Numbered from the stretch's first letter, positions 37,478 to 48,712 are shown. The stretch is 64,000 nt of DNA from Lama glama (GCA_028534125.1 CM052849.1:18972001-19036000), one strand, 5' to 3'. Notes: generated from the letters alone by a model not told the origin. Numbers and translations: made by a program.

Positions 37478-38959
37478 TCCGTGCTGGCCAGCCGGAAGCT
37501 TCGAAGGAGACCTGGTAGGCGTGGGCGATGGAATCAGGAGTTTCTAGGAACAAACCTCCGAAAGCGGCCCATTGGTGTTTATTTTATGAATGAACGATTC
37601 TTGTGCCAAACTTTGAGACCAAAAGAACCTGGGGGGAAAAAAAAACAAAAGAAAGAACGGAGCTTGAAGCAGAGCAATGCTCAAGAAACCCCAGTGTTCT
37701 CCGAGCTCTGGACTCGGCTTCAAACATTTGATGCGTTGCTGATAAAGGAGTTTTCCTTGACACCCAAGATCACAGGCAACTTTGAGGCAGCGAAAGGTAA
37801 CGGCCAAAAGGGGACAGGGTCTGATAAGCCAAACAGAGGGTGAAGCAGGACCCTCGGTTGGAACAGCGTTTGACAGTTGTCGTTTTCACAGCAGAGCCCA
37901 GAGCTGAGGAGCGTCGTCCAGACGCACTGGCCGTGCCTGCCGCTCTCGGTCCGTTAGGGAGCGAGGGATTCTCTACGCAGGGGAACCAGCTGGGTTTCAG
38001 GGGCCACACACACCTTTTTTTTTTTTTTTATAATCGCATTGGTGACAAACGGAGAAGTTGTCGCAGGCGCCCAAGCTCGCGCACACACACGGCTTCTCTG
38101 GGGGAAACTGCAGTGACGACCGCTGGACATCAGTTGCACCTTTGCATCGGGTCTGCGCCCCCTCGCTTCCTGGGGCCTCCCAGGGTCCTGGAATGGGAGG
38201 GGCCCGGGGTCCCCCGAAGCTCAGGGAGTCGCTGGTGGGATGCGGTGTTGGTGTTCACGGTGTTCCTGGTGGTGGTGGGGGGCAGGGAGACAGAACCCTG
38301 CTCGCCACTGAATAAAACAGGGAATAGGTGTGTTCACCATTTTTACCGCACAGGGCACTTTAGGTTACTCTTCCCCCCCCATGCTTTGAAAGATTGTGTA
38401 CTACAGCTGCATTTATGAAAGAAAACTCTGTGTTTTTTAAAAAATTGTATGTATACTGGTGCTTCCCTGAGTGTGCTATACATGCCGGTACCAAGAGATT
38501 CTATTTTATGAGATTCGTGAACAGACATTTTCTTTTTATTGGTACCATCGTGCATTTTTTTCTCATGTGCATTTGGAAAAAAAGTAGTTTGTTTTTTTAT
38601 TTGCGGTCATCACAGCTAGTTTCCTTTTGAATGAGATTTGCTAAAGTAAAGAGAAAAGGGAGGTGGCTCATTTCAAGAAAAATATTAAATAAAGGATACT
38701 GCAGAGAGAGCATGAATAGGTCAGCAATTTTGAGGGTGAGACTTGGGGAAACCCATGTGGATGTTACGCATGTATCTGACCTGCACTGAGCATTCATCGG
38801 CTCCTGGTACCCAGGGGAGCCACGGAGACGTGAGGAGCACGAAGAGCACCGGGATCATTCAGTTACACGTGGACCCTGACCCCAGACAAAGGTTTATGTT
38901 CCAGCTCCTTCCTTGGAAAGCAGGCATCCTCAAGTTTATCCTCTAATGCACTGTGTCTT

Positions 38960-39103
38960 TTTTTGTGTGGGGTGGGGGCAGGAGGTAATCAGGTTGATTT
39001 ATTCATTTATTTATTTTTTATTTAACGGAGGGGCTGGGGATTGAACCCAGGACCTCGTGCATGCTAAGCACACACTCTACCGCTGAGCTGGACCCTCCCT
39101 CCC
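38960..39103 (-). mobile_element. Camelid tRNA-derived SINE (Vic-1-like), full length with TSD
   Basis: The minus strand reads GGGAGGGTCCAGCTCAGCGGTAGAGTGTGTGCTTAGCATGCACGAGGTCCTGGGTTCAATCCCCAG (A and B boxes). Flanked by cactgtgtctt at 38949-38959 and 39109-39119. Confidence 0.88.
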
Positions 39104-39847
39104 AATCCCACTGTGTCTTAATCCTGACTTTCACTGCAAAACTTCTGGCCCGGGGACCCAAACTCCTGCCACGGCTAGTTCCTTGAACACCCCCTGGCCT
39201 CATCAAAGAAAACGCCTAGTTAACAAAATGCATCTTTAAAAGCCTGTGCTTTCCTCCCTGCTCCGTGGCTCCGCATCCCACCCCACTCGGAGCTGGAACC
39301 AGCCGCTGCTCCAGTCAACAGGAGTCCTCTGCTTTTCTTAAGCTCTTCAGCGGAAAGCACAATTTGTAGCTTCAATGAAACCTGGAGTCCTGAGCAAAGT
39401 CCCAATGCGGCAAAACCCAATTTCAAGCAAAGGCACATTTCATGAGGCAGTCGCGGTGGGCGGCAGAGGTGGGGGGCGTCCCTGCGTTAGGACAAAGCGC
39501 GGGGCGGGGGCATGCTAACGTGCCTTCACCTTGGTCCCTCAAGCGTACCTCCCTCTCCTCTGTGGCCAAGGCGGCAAGACAGCAAAATCATTTAGCCAAT
39601 GATTTTAAAGTGAGACTCGGAAGAAATTTCTAAAGAAAAAGTGCCTGCTGCCACTGATAATGATCTTGCTGCTCAGGTGAGGGTGGGGGTGGGGTGATGG
39701 TAATTTGGAGACCCTTGAAAGGGAGCTGTGGTTGATCACCGCCTCCCACCCCCTTGTTTCCCTGACAGCACGCACGTTTGCTCAGCTGTGTCTAGCCTGT
39801 TACTCACGAGGATTTATTTCCTCCACCTTGTGAGGTTAGCAGGGCTG

Positions 39848-39861
39848 GTGTGTGTGTGTAT

Positions 39862-39892
<31 letters not shown>
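39848..39892. repeat. (TG)n microsatellite, slightly interrupted
   Basis: Seen directly. Confidence 0.95.
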
Positions 39893-39979
39893 ATTTCTTA
39901 AGCTATTACTTTCATGAGATATAACTGCATGAAATTTAGGGAGTCAAATAGTTCCGCAGAGCTGGTTGGTAAAAACCAC

Positions 39980-40900
39980 ATGTGACATCCTCAAAGGGAC
40001 AGAACTGCAGTGATAGGGAACGGGTTGGAGTTTGTGCGGGCTGAGCGGTGGGAGGGCATGGCTTCTAAGGAGTAACTTTAGGGAGTGCCGTTATGGTGAT
40101 GGAATGCTTCCGTATTCTGATTGTGGTGATGGTTACTCCAGTCTCCACACGTGATGTAATTTTATAGAACTACACCCCCACCCCCCAAAAAAGTGCATGT
40201 GCAAACAGGTGAGATCTAAATAAGGTCTGAACTTGAGTGTATAGCATTGCAGCAGAGTTGCTACTGGCTCCAAGCTCATCCTGCTCGCCACACGACAGGC
40301 CGATAAATCGAGGGATGGGTTGTTGAGGCAAGGAATCGCAACTCTATTCAGAAAACCAGCAGACCGAGAAGATGGGAAGATGGTGGACTAGTGTCCTATA
40401 GAGCCATCTCGCCTGAGTTAGAATTCAGGCTTCTTTTACACTAAAAGGGAGGGAGTAATGTCAAACACTTCCTGGGTCCGGTCAGCCTCCGGAGGGGTGT
40501 GTTAATTTCTCCCTTCCTGCAGTCATGCCCAGGGGGACCTGGTCAGGATGCTCCCTGTGAGCTCAACCTAGGCATTTTAGCTTACCGCTCATTCCCTGGG
40601 AGGCAGGTTCCCAGAGATGGACCATTGTGTAAAGTTTAAGCTTACAGACAACACCCCTTTGGTGATTCACTTGTAGCGAAAGCAACAGAATACAGAGGTC
40701 AAAGTGAAAGAAACAGATCTAAGATGGAATCAGATTTGTTCTGCCGTGTTAGTGCCAGTGTCCATGTTTTGACAATGTACTGTACTGATGTAAGACAGTG
40801 TCACAGAGGGAAGCTGGTATAAGGACTCTCTATAATTTTTTTGTAACTTCTTGTTAATCTCAAACTATCAAACTCTTTCAAAATAAATGGTTACTTTTCA
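39980..40900 (+). mobile_element. Old L1 (L1MC/MD-like) 3' end, split by an LTR
   Basis: ggtgatggaatgcttccgtattctgattgtggtgatggttac; gggaagctgg..ggactctct..gtaacttcttg. Confidence 0.7.
40259..40751. mobile_element. ERV1-class solo LTR (cetartiodactyl type)
   Basis: tccaagctc..ctgctcgccacacgacaggcc..cagcagaccgagaagatgg..gagttagaattcaggcttctttt, recalled from ungulate ERV1 LTRs. Confidence 0.7.
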
Positions 40901-42200
40901 AAAATACCACCATATTCTGTTCCCTTCCACAGCCTTTCTCCCTGTACAGAGGCAAAACTCTGACTTTGTCTGATGTTTATGTCTGTATCCCTATGCAATA
41001 CTGTAAGGCTGACACTTCTTCATTTATTTAGGCTACATCTGTAAATTTCCCTCTGTGAAGAGTAAAGATCTGTCTCTCTCTTCTCCTCCAGCCCTTTCTG
41101 TGTCTCCACCCCACCAATATAATAATCATATTTTGTCTAGATTAATAATCAATGTTTAAAATGTAACAAGTGTGTGTGCTAATCACAGTAAAAGCAAGTA
41201 TCAAGTGGTGATGACTTTGGCTTTTCTGCATAATGATTTTTATCATCAGAATTAAAAACGAATTTGGTGTTATTCTTTCTCTTCCTTGTCTGTGTGTTTA
41301 GCTCTTCCGTATTCCCAAACTCTTTGCTGATGATCTGAGACTCCTCTCAGAATATTTTCACATCAGATTTATTAGGAAATTTCCAGTTTCCTGAAGACAT
41401 TGTTGCCAAATCTTCCCCACGCTGGCCCTCAGCTGCTACGCGGACCTCCCTTCCCCACCAGCCACCTCTTTACCATGACCCTTTCGTGCGTCTCCGCCAT
41501 GCTTGGGACCTTTGTTTCTTGGGTCTCATGAGTTCTTTCTGCATTGACCCCCGTGTTGGATACAGTCCATCCTCAAGTGGTTTTCTGAGCAAGGGTGTAG
41601 GAAGTAAGTTTTTGGAGAACCTGCATATCTGGAAACGTTTTCTTCATCGTGAGGCTGGACTTCAAATATTTAGTTTGGAAATCGTTTCCCCTCGGATTTT
41701 AGAAGCTATTTTTCACTGGCTTCTGGTTCCCAGAGTGGCTGTTGTGAATCCTGCTTCGGTTCTGCTCCCTGACCCTCTCCTCAGTCTGGAGGATTGCAGA
41801 GCTCACCTCTGTGCCCGGGGTCCTGAGCTGAGTGAACCCTGCGTCTTAGTTGGGGGAGGACCCGTCCTCACTCACTGCTCATCACCCAGGGGGCCCTTCC
41901 AGTCCGGACACCTGCATCCTCTCCTTTGGGGAAATTTCTTCAGTTACTTCATTAATGATTGCTCCTCTCCCTTTTGTGTGTTTTATATATTGTTCAGATG
42001 CTCGACCTCAAAGTAATCCTCTTAACTTATCTTTTCTCCTATCTTCCATTTCTTTGGGGTTTTTTTTCTCTCTACTTCCTAAGACAAATGTCCTCAAGTC
42101 TTGCCCATCAACCATTCCACTGACTTTCCATTTCTGCTATAATATTTTTAATTTCCAAAGGCTAATTTTTCCCTTCTGCGTTTTTAAAAATAACAGTCTG

Positions 42201-42771
42201 GGTTTTTTATATTTTGAATTGATGTATAGTTGACTTACAATGCTGCATTGATTTCTGGTGCACAGTATAGTGATTCGGCTATATATATATGTATTCTTTT
42301 TCCTATCCGTTTCCATTATAGGTCATTACAAAATATTGAATACAGTTCCCTGTGCCCTACAGTAGGACCTTGTCATTTATCTATTTTATGTATGTAGTAG
42401 TGTGTATCTGCAAATCCCAAACTCCCAATTTATCCCTGTCCAGCCCCTTCCCCCCTGGTAACCATAAGTTTGTTTTCTGTGTCTGAGTCTGTTTCTGTTT
42501 TGCTCTGTTCTGAATGAATAATTTCCTTGTGTCATTTTTTCTTTAGTTTCCACATATAAGTGATACCACATGGTATTTGTCTCTCTCTGTGTGACTTACT
42601 TCACTTAGTATGATGATCTCCAGGTCCATCCATGTTGCTGCAGATGGCATTGTTTTATTCTTTTTTATGGCTGAGTAATATTCTACTTTATGTCTCACAT
42701 CATTTTTGTCCGCTCACCTGACAGCGGGCATTTAGGTTGCTCCCATGTCTTGGCTGCTGTAAACAGTGCTG
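42201..42771 (-). mobile_element. LINE-1 3' fragment (antisense) with probable TSD
   Basis: Clear L1 3'UTR. Flanks aataacagtctg (42189-42200) / aatagcaatctg (42772-42783). Confidence 0.88.
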
Positions 42772-43822
42772 AATAGCAATCTGCTTCTGTTTCATAACTG
42801 CAGTATCATCTCTGATCACTCTGTGAATGTGAATGATTGTGTATTTTTTTAAATTACGGTCTTGCCTGCATAGGCTCCTTTTTTTTTTTTTCTTTTTTGC
42901 CTTTTTGGTCTCTATGACATGTGGAAACTTTTCTTTGTGTTCAAAAGATTCTTGTTGGCTCATGTGAAAAGATTCGGGACTAAAAATCCATCAGAAGCTC
43001 TGAGCCCACAGGTGGGACTTGCTGACTACAGACTTTGCTGAAAGCTGACTTGAGAGATGTCAGTGTCAGAATCGAGTCCTGTAGAATCCGGCCTTTTTCT
43101 TGGAGGGTGAAGGTCCAGCTCTGGGGACAAAAGCCCAGGAATCTCAATGTTCAGTGTGCGTGGTGTCACATACGGCTTCCATATTCAGCACAGTGACCCA
43201 AACCCCAGCTCACAGTCCCCCCTCCAGACAAGGAGCTCTGGCCGTCACCCTGCTGCAGGGAAAGGGAAGAACATTTGCGTCTGGCTGTTTCATAAACACA
43301 CTTTTCACTCATCCTCCTTAGTGTGGACCTCACTGGCTGCCGCCTCCAGTGGTGCCCCCGGTTCCTGGGACGGGGGATTCCGTGGTATAAACTCTGCTGG
43401 CTCTTAGTCTTTCTCGCTGATGGTGCACGACTAAGTTTAGAAGTTCAGCTCACTGTTTTACCCATTTGTACCCCCACTTCCCAGTTCCCCAGATCACTGA
43501 CGTTTGCCGCACCTCTCCACCGTCCCCACGATGTCCCCATCGGCCTGGGTCTATACCTTTAAAAATAGTCCCCTCAAGTCTCCTTTAAGTGGGATTTGGG
43601 AAGAAAGGATAAGTTGGTATTTATGTTCAATCCGTTTAGCAGTTTACTGTTGAGAAAACTGAGGTTCAGGGAGGCTGAGCCGTGGCCAAAAAACAGATCT
43701 AAAAGGAACGCTTTGCCTTTTTTTTTTTTTTAAGTCCTTGGTTTAGTGCACTTGGCTGGGTTTTTTGCCAGAGGAGACTCGGGAAGTCACATTAAGCAGG
43801 TCGGAGACCTCCCTGGAGCAGC

Positions 43823-44040
43823 ACAACAATGACTAACATTTATTAAGTGCTTGTTGTACACCCAACACTGTTCTGACCTCTTTGTACGTATTAATACAGT
43901 TCATCCTCACAGCCTGTGATTGGGGGTTACTGTTCCATATCCATTTACAGAGGAGGAAATGGGGCACAGAGAGGTTATAATTTGCCCAAAGTCACACAGC
44001 CACAGAGTGGAGAAACCAGTGTGCACCAGGGTTTCTGAAC
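43823..44040 (-). mobile_element. MIR SINE
   Basis: taacatttattaagtgctt..ccatttacagaggaggaaatggggcacagagaggtta..ttgcccaaagtcacacagc. Confidence 0.85.
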
Positions 44041-44479
44041 CTGGGCACTTCGGCCTGGATAAGACTGGATGTGGGGGCGGTTCTGTGCACCGGGGGGCTG
44101 TCTAGCTGCATCCCTGGCCTCTCCCCACCGGATGCCAGCACTCCGCCCACCCATGAGACAACCAGAAATGTGTCCGGCATCCCTACGTGGTCCCTGCAGG
44201 GCAGAGTCGGCCCTGGCGGAGAATGGCCGGCCTGGGCAGCCTGACTTTTCTCCTTCCCCACGGCTGCGCTGCTTCTTCGTTTGGGGACCACCCAGGGACC
44301 CCTTCCCTTCATCCTGGGACCTGAAGAGCAAGTTCCACGGTTCCTGGGTCTGTGGGTAGATCCCCTCCCCACCCCCCGCGTGACCACCCTCCGGTGCACT
44401 CTGCGCCAGCGGCTGTGAAAAGGGCAGGCAAACAACAGAGAAACCAGCGCGCACGTGCGCGCGCGGAAAGGCCGAGTCG

Positions 44480-44519
44480 CTAACCCCCTGGCTCTTTCTT
44501 GCCGCCTTCTTCCCCGCAG
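44480..44519 (+). promoter_or_regulatory. Branch point (CTAAC, A at 44483), polypyrimidine tract and 3' splice site
   Basis: ctaac at 44480-44484, pyrimidine-rich ctctttcttgccgccttcttcccc, then cag at 44517-44519. Confidence 0.85.
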
Positions 44520-44663
44520 AGCCAAGGTCAAGAAGGGGGTGAACATCCTGAGCACGCGGACCAGCGAGCCCCGGCAGTGGGACGTCAGGCAGGAGCTGGG
44601 GAACGGCGGCAAGCAGGCCACCGCGGCCGTGGTGTGCCAGCGCCTGGCGCCCGCGCGCAACAG
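44520..44663 (+). CDS. TMEM132C: Internal coding exon (probably exon 3) of transmembrane protein 132C; (R)AKVKKGVNILSTRTSEPRQWDVRQELGNGGKQATAAVVCQRLAPARN(R)
   Basis: Canonical acceptor ...ttcttccccgcag|A and donor AACAG|gtaagc; 144 nt, phase 2-2, open frame. The peptide closely matches my recollection of human TMEM132C (RAKVKKGVNILSAQTSEPRQW..KQEVGSGGKH.TATVACQRL). Confidence 0.92.
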
Positions 44664-44669
44664 GTAAGC
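44661..44669 (+). promoter_or_regulatory. 5' splice donor CAG|GTAAGC
   Basis: Near-consensus U2-type donor at the exon end. Confidence 0.9.
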
Positions 44670-45040
44670 GGCGCCGCGTCCCGGTGCGCGGGCGTCCCGG
44701 GGCCCCGATGACCCAGCCCCCGCCCAAGCGCCCTGCCTTAGACCCACCGTAACTGCTGCTCGGCGGAGCTACCGCGCCTCGGCCGGGAAGTTTGGCGGCT
44801 TAGCATCACCTGTCGTACCGTCTGGCATCTCCGGCGCGGAGGGCGGGGCCCCGAGCGAGCGGGAAGGTCGGTGGGTCGGGTGTGGGCGCAGAGGCCGGTT
44901 CGGATGGTCTGCTCTGCTTGGCGGAGGCGCACTCATCCTCCTCACCCGCACTCCCGTCCTGGGGCTGTGTCATCCCCGCCGCGGGCCCTGGGTCACCAGA
45001 GGCTGCTTTCTTTCAGCGTGTCCGTCCTTTGTACAAAGGG

Positions 45041-45840
45041 TGTGATACCGTGACGTATAGAAAGAAATATGTCTGTGGTCTTCATCCCTGTTTCTGGCAC
45101 AGAGCGCCCAAAACCCTTGGAATGTCCTGTGATGAGCGCATAAAGGTGATTTTTTTTTATGGTAAGAAGGTGACTGTTGGAAAGCGCCTGGCTCACCTTA
45201 AGATGGGAGCTGGTTGCCAGGGGAACCCACCCTGTGATTGGAGCGTTGGAACTTTAAGTCCCACCCCCTGCCTTGGAGGAGAAAGAGACTTGAGACGGAG
45301 TCCTGCGCCCAATGGCCAAATGATTTCATCAGTCGTGCCTATGTAATGAAGCATGGACAAAAACCCAAAAGCGCGGGGTTGCAGGGCTTCCGGTTGGTGA
45401 TCACTTGGAGATTCCGGGAGAATGGCACCTGCAGGGGGCGTGGAAGCTCCGTGCCCTTTCCCCCTCCATTGCCCTCTGCACCTCTCTTCCATCTGGCTGT
45501 TCCTGAGTTACATCTTTTCATAATGACCAGTAATCTGACAAGTGAAATGTTTCTCTGACTTCCGTCAGTGGTTCTAGCAAGTTAAGGCAACCCAGGGAGG
45601 GGAGGGTCATTGGAACCTCCCGTCTATAGCCAGTCAGTCAGAAGGCAGGTAACAGCCTAGACTTGCAAGTGGCATCTGAAAGGGAGGGCAGCCTTGGGGT
45701 GCTGAGCTCTTAACCTGTGGATCTGATGCTGACTCCAGGGTGATAGGCTCAGAACTGAGGCGAATTGCCAGACCCCCAGCTGGTGCCAGAGAATTGCTTG
45801 ATGGTGTGGAAAAAAGACACACAGCAGAACTGGTGTCAGA
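45041..45840 (+). mobile_element. Solo LTR, MER21-like
   Basis: tgtgata start; tttctggcacagag..aaaacccttggaat, caatggcc..gcctatgtaatgaagc, ctcttccatctggctgttcctgagtt, gacttgcaagtggcatctgaa. Confidence 0.8.
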
Positions 45841-46371
45841 ATCCCAAAGAATGAGACTCAGTCTTCAGCGAGGAGGCATTTAAAGACAGGAGGCGGCTAT
45901 CGGTGGCAATAATGCATAAGGATGCTGTATGGGATTCTGTGTAGATATCCCAGATTATCATTTACCATAATTGCTTTTTGTGTACAAAAGCAGTGCAGAC
46001 TCATTTTAGAATATTTGTAAAAACAGTGATATGAGGACAAAACTTAAATAATATACCAATAGCCCTTCCACCTAAGAATAACCCACTGCTAACACGTTGA
46101 TTCATCTGCTTCCCACGTTTTATACAGTTGTAACATCTGTGTATGGTAAATTACTTCTTTCACAAATTTGGCATCATTATATATATATATATATATATAT
46201 ATGCAGATATTTAAGATACTTTAACTTATATTGCTAATATCTTCTTCTAACATTAAATATTCCTCAAAAACATGTTAATATTCCACCACATAGATTTAAC
46301 ATTATTTAAATAGCCATATCCATATTTGTGGCTATTTAGGTTGTTTGTAAGTTTTATTCTTTTTTAAAAAC

Positions 46372-46440
46372 GTTTTTATTAAAGTGTAGTTGATTAATAA
46401 TGTTAGTTTCAGGTGTACAGCAAAAGCAATTCCATTATAC

Positions 46441-46486
<46 letters not shown>

Positions 46487-46590
46487 TTTTTTCAGATTCT
46501 TTTCCATTGTATGTTATTACAAGAAACTGAATCCAGTTCCCTGTGCTATACAGTGGGTCCTTGTCATTTCCCTATCTTATGTATGGTAAT
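46372..46590 (-). mobile_element. LINE-1 3' tail with (TA)n
   Basis: ttagtttcaggtgtacagcaaa..(ta)n..agttccctgtgctatacagt. Confidence 0.85.
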
Positions 46591-46875
46591 GTGTGCCCAG
46601 GCTTTATTCTTACAGCTAATGCAGCAATAAACCATCTTCGACAGGAATCTGTGCCCATTTCTCTTTTTGCTTAAGGGAGCTTCTTAGAATAAAAAAAAAG
46701 TGTGATCGTTTTTCAGGGCTCTTGATCCGTTCTGCCCGTGTATTTTCTCAAATGGATTAGCACGAGGGAGAAATACTCAGTTCCATTATCGGACGTAGTT
46801 TTCTTAAGTGAACTCTTCCAGGCTGCCAAGAAAAACTCTGCAAGTGCTCCACTTCATTTAGAAGCATCCAGTTCT

Positions 46876-47045
46876 GTAACCTGTAAGAAAAGAGAGTGTG
46901 CATATGTATATATGTACATGTGTATATATATATATACATATATAAAATCTGTGTGTGTAACTGAATCACTAGGCTGTACACCAGAAACTAACACAACATT
47001 GTAGATCATCTATACTTCAGTGAAAAACAAACAAACAAACAAAAA
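46876..47045 (+). mobile_element. Short LINE-1 3' tail with 16-bp TSD
   Basis: TSD agaagcatccagttct (46860-46875) / agaaacatccagttct (47046-47061); (AAAC)n tail. Confidence 0.88.
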
Positions 47046-47789
47046 AGAAACATCCAGTTCTTTTATCTGTAAACCCCTCTCCTCAGTCCTTCCTTCCAAG
47101 CATAGCCAGCAAACACATCTGGGGTCCTGAACCGCTTACTGGATCAAACACCAGCCCTCACCATCATTAACCTAAGAAGCGTTGTTAGGACGCCTGGGCA
47201 GGGGTGGGGGGTGAGGATTAGGTGCCCAGATGTTTCAACTCGTGAAAAAATGGCCAGAAATGCATGTGTGGGACCCTTGTTCGAAGCAGGAGATCAGAAT
47301 CTAACTAACCCACGAGATTAGTGTTGCTTATGCAGATGAAAGTGAATGGGTTAATTAACAGGCAGCGGATCTGTGTGTGGAAATAGTTCTTTCTGTCGCA
47401 ATCAGAGGGAGGCTCGAAGTGCAGTGGGCGAGGCTTGCCGTGCTCTGGCAGGTCCTGAAGAGTCCCGGGAGCGATCCAGTTTGGTCTGCGTCTTCCAGGA
47501 ACTCGATCCTTGGGGCTGTGTTTGTGTTTGCTGAGACACTAAACCCTTGTGTGGTTTTCCGCTGCCAGTCACGCTGGATGTCCCAGTAGAGGGAGCTGTG
47601 TTTCAGTTCCAAGGTTTCCTCCCTTTCGAATCCCAGAGTTTTAAATGCCATGAGTTAGAATCAGACTGGCCTCAAGCTGGGTGGTTGCGGGGTTGAGGCT
47701 GGCTAGTCCCTGCTAACTTCCCGGTCTCTTAATGCGACGTCTTAGAAGGCAAGTGTTGCCTTTGCAGAGGAGCTGATGCGTCAGGACTG

Positions 47790-47962
47790 GTGTCGGGGCT
47801 GTGCTGGAACCATTCAGTATCAGCTCCTGAGAGCCGATTGGGTTGTATGCATCTCTTGCCGACTCCTCATTTAGTGACCATCAGAATTTACACCACCGGT
47901 ATTGGCAAACACCAGAAACCAGGCCTTTTTGCCATCGGAAAGGCTGTTCACCGGCACACCGC
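47790..47962. mobile_element. MER63-like hAT MITE
   Basis: tgtgctgga..gagagccgatt..tgcatctctt..atttacacca..ggcaaac..ccggcacacc. Confidence 0.65.
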
Positions 47963-48019
47963 CGATGAAAATTCCCTGCTCACTCCCTTCCTCACCTAGA
48001 CTTCCAGGAAGCATTGGTT

Positions 48020-48712
48020 GGGACATCCAGATGGCCAGCAGGCACATGAAAATATGCTCAACATTGATAATCATGCAAATCCAAACTNNNNNNNNNNNNN
48101 NNNNNNNNNNNNNNNNNNNNNNNNNNNNNNNNNNNNNNNNNNNNNNNNNNNNNNNNNNNNNNNNNNNNNNNNNNNNNNNNNNNNNNNNNNNNNNNNNNNN
48201 NNNNNNNNNNNNNNNNNNNNNNNNNNNNNNNNNNNNNNNNNNNNNNNNNNNNNNNNNNNNNNNNNNNNNNNNNNNNNNNNNNNNNNNNNNNNNNNNNNNN
48301 NNNNNNNNNNNNNNNNNNNNNNNNNNNNNNNNNNNNNNNNNNNNNNNNNNNNNNNNNNNNNNNNNNNNNNNNNNNNNNNNNNNNNNNNNNNNNNNNNNNN
48401 NNNNNNNNNNNNNNNNNNNNNNNNNNNNNNNNNNNNNNNNNNNNNNNNNNNNNNNNNNNNNNNNNNNNNNNNNNNNNNNNNNNNNNNNNNNNNNNNNNNN
48501 NNNNNNNNNNNNNNNNNNNNNNNNNNNNNNNNNNNNNNNNNNNNNNNNNNNNNNNNNNNNNNNNNNNNNNNNNNNNNNNNNNNNNNNCTATAATGAAAAA
48601 GAGTATATAGACACACATACGTATAACTGAGTCACTTGGTTGTACACTGGAAGCATGGTAAATCAACTACACGATAATCAATTTTTAAAAAATGAAATAA
48701 AAATTTTTAAAA
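48020..48712 (+). mobile_element. LINE-1 3' fragment spanning a 500-N gap
   Basis: ggacatccagatggccagcaggcacatgaaaa..tgctcaaca (ORF2 end) on the left; L1 tail on the right. Confidence 0.8.

Larger units (their letters stand above)
39895..43635 (-). mobile_element. Long decayed HAL1-like (half-L1) element, interrupted by later insertions
   Basis: gagtcaaatagttc (3' end), cagaggcaaaactct, gagaacctgcatatctggaaacg, gggatttgggaag..tatgttcaatc (5' end) resemble HAL1 as I recall it. Confidence 0.55.
44370..45020. promoter_or_regulatory. Intragenic CpG island spanning the exon
   Basis: Visibly very high GC and CpG density relative to the flanks (e.g. gcggcgccgcgtcccggtgcgcgggcgtcccgg); not computed. 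Confidence 0.8.

Noticed and set aside
39020-39103. tRNA gene (also at ~36150-36210)
   Set aside because: SINE head: no proper acceptor stem, followed by a SINE tail, and the 39 kb copy has a TSD.
41486-42016. 176-aa ORF
   Set aside because: Reads antisense through a decayed HAL1/L1-like element, with no ATG start or splice support.
44455-44667. 70-aa ORF as a standalone small gene
   Set aside because: It is the TMEM132C exon read with intronic flanks, and its stop lies inside the splice donor.
43975-44747. Two ~250-aa minus-strand ORFs overlapping the exon
   Set aside because: Stop-codon depletion is expected in a GC-rich island. The peptides are low-complexity and G/R/P/A-rich with no recognisable family, and both run into a MIR.
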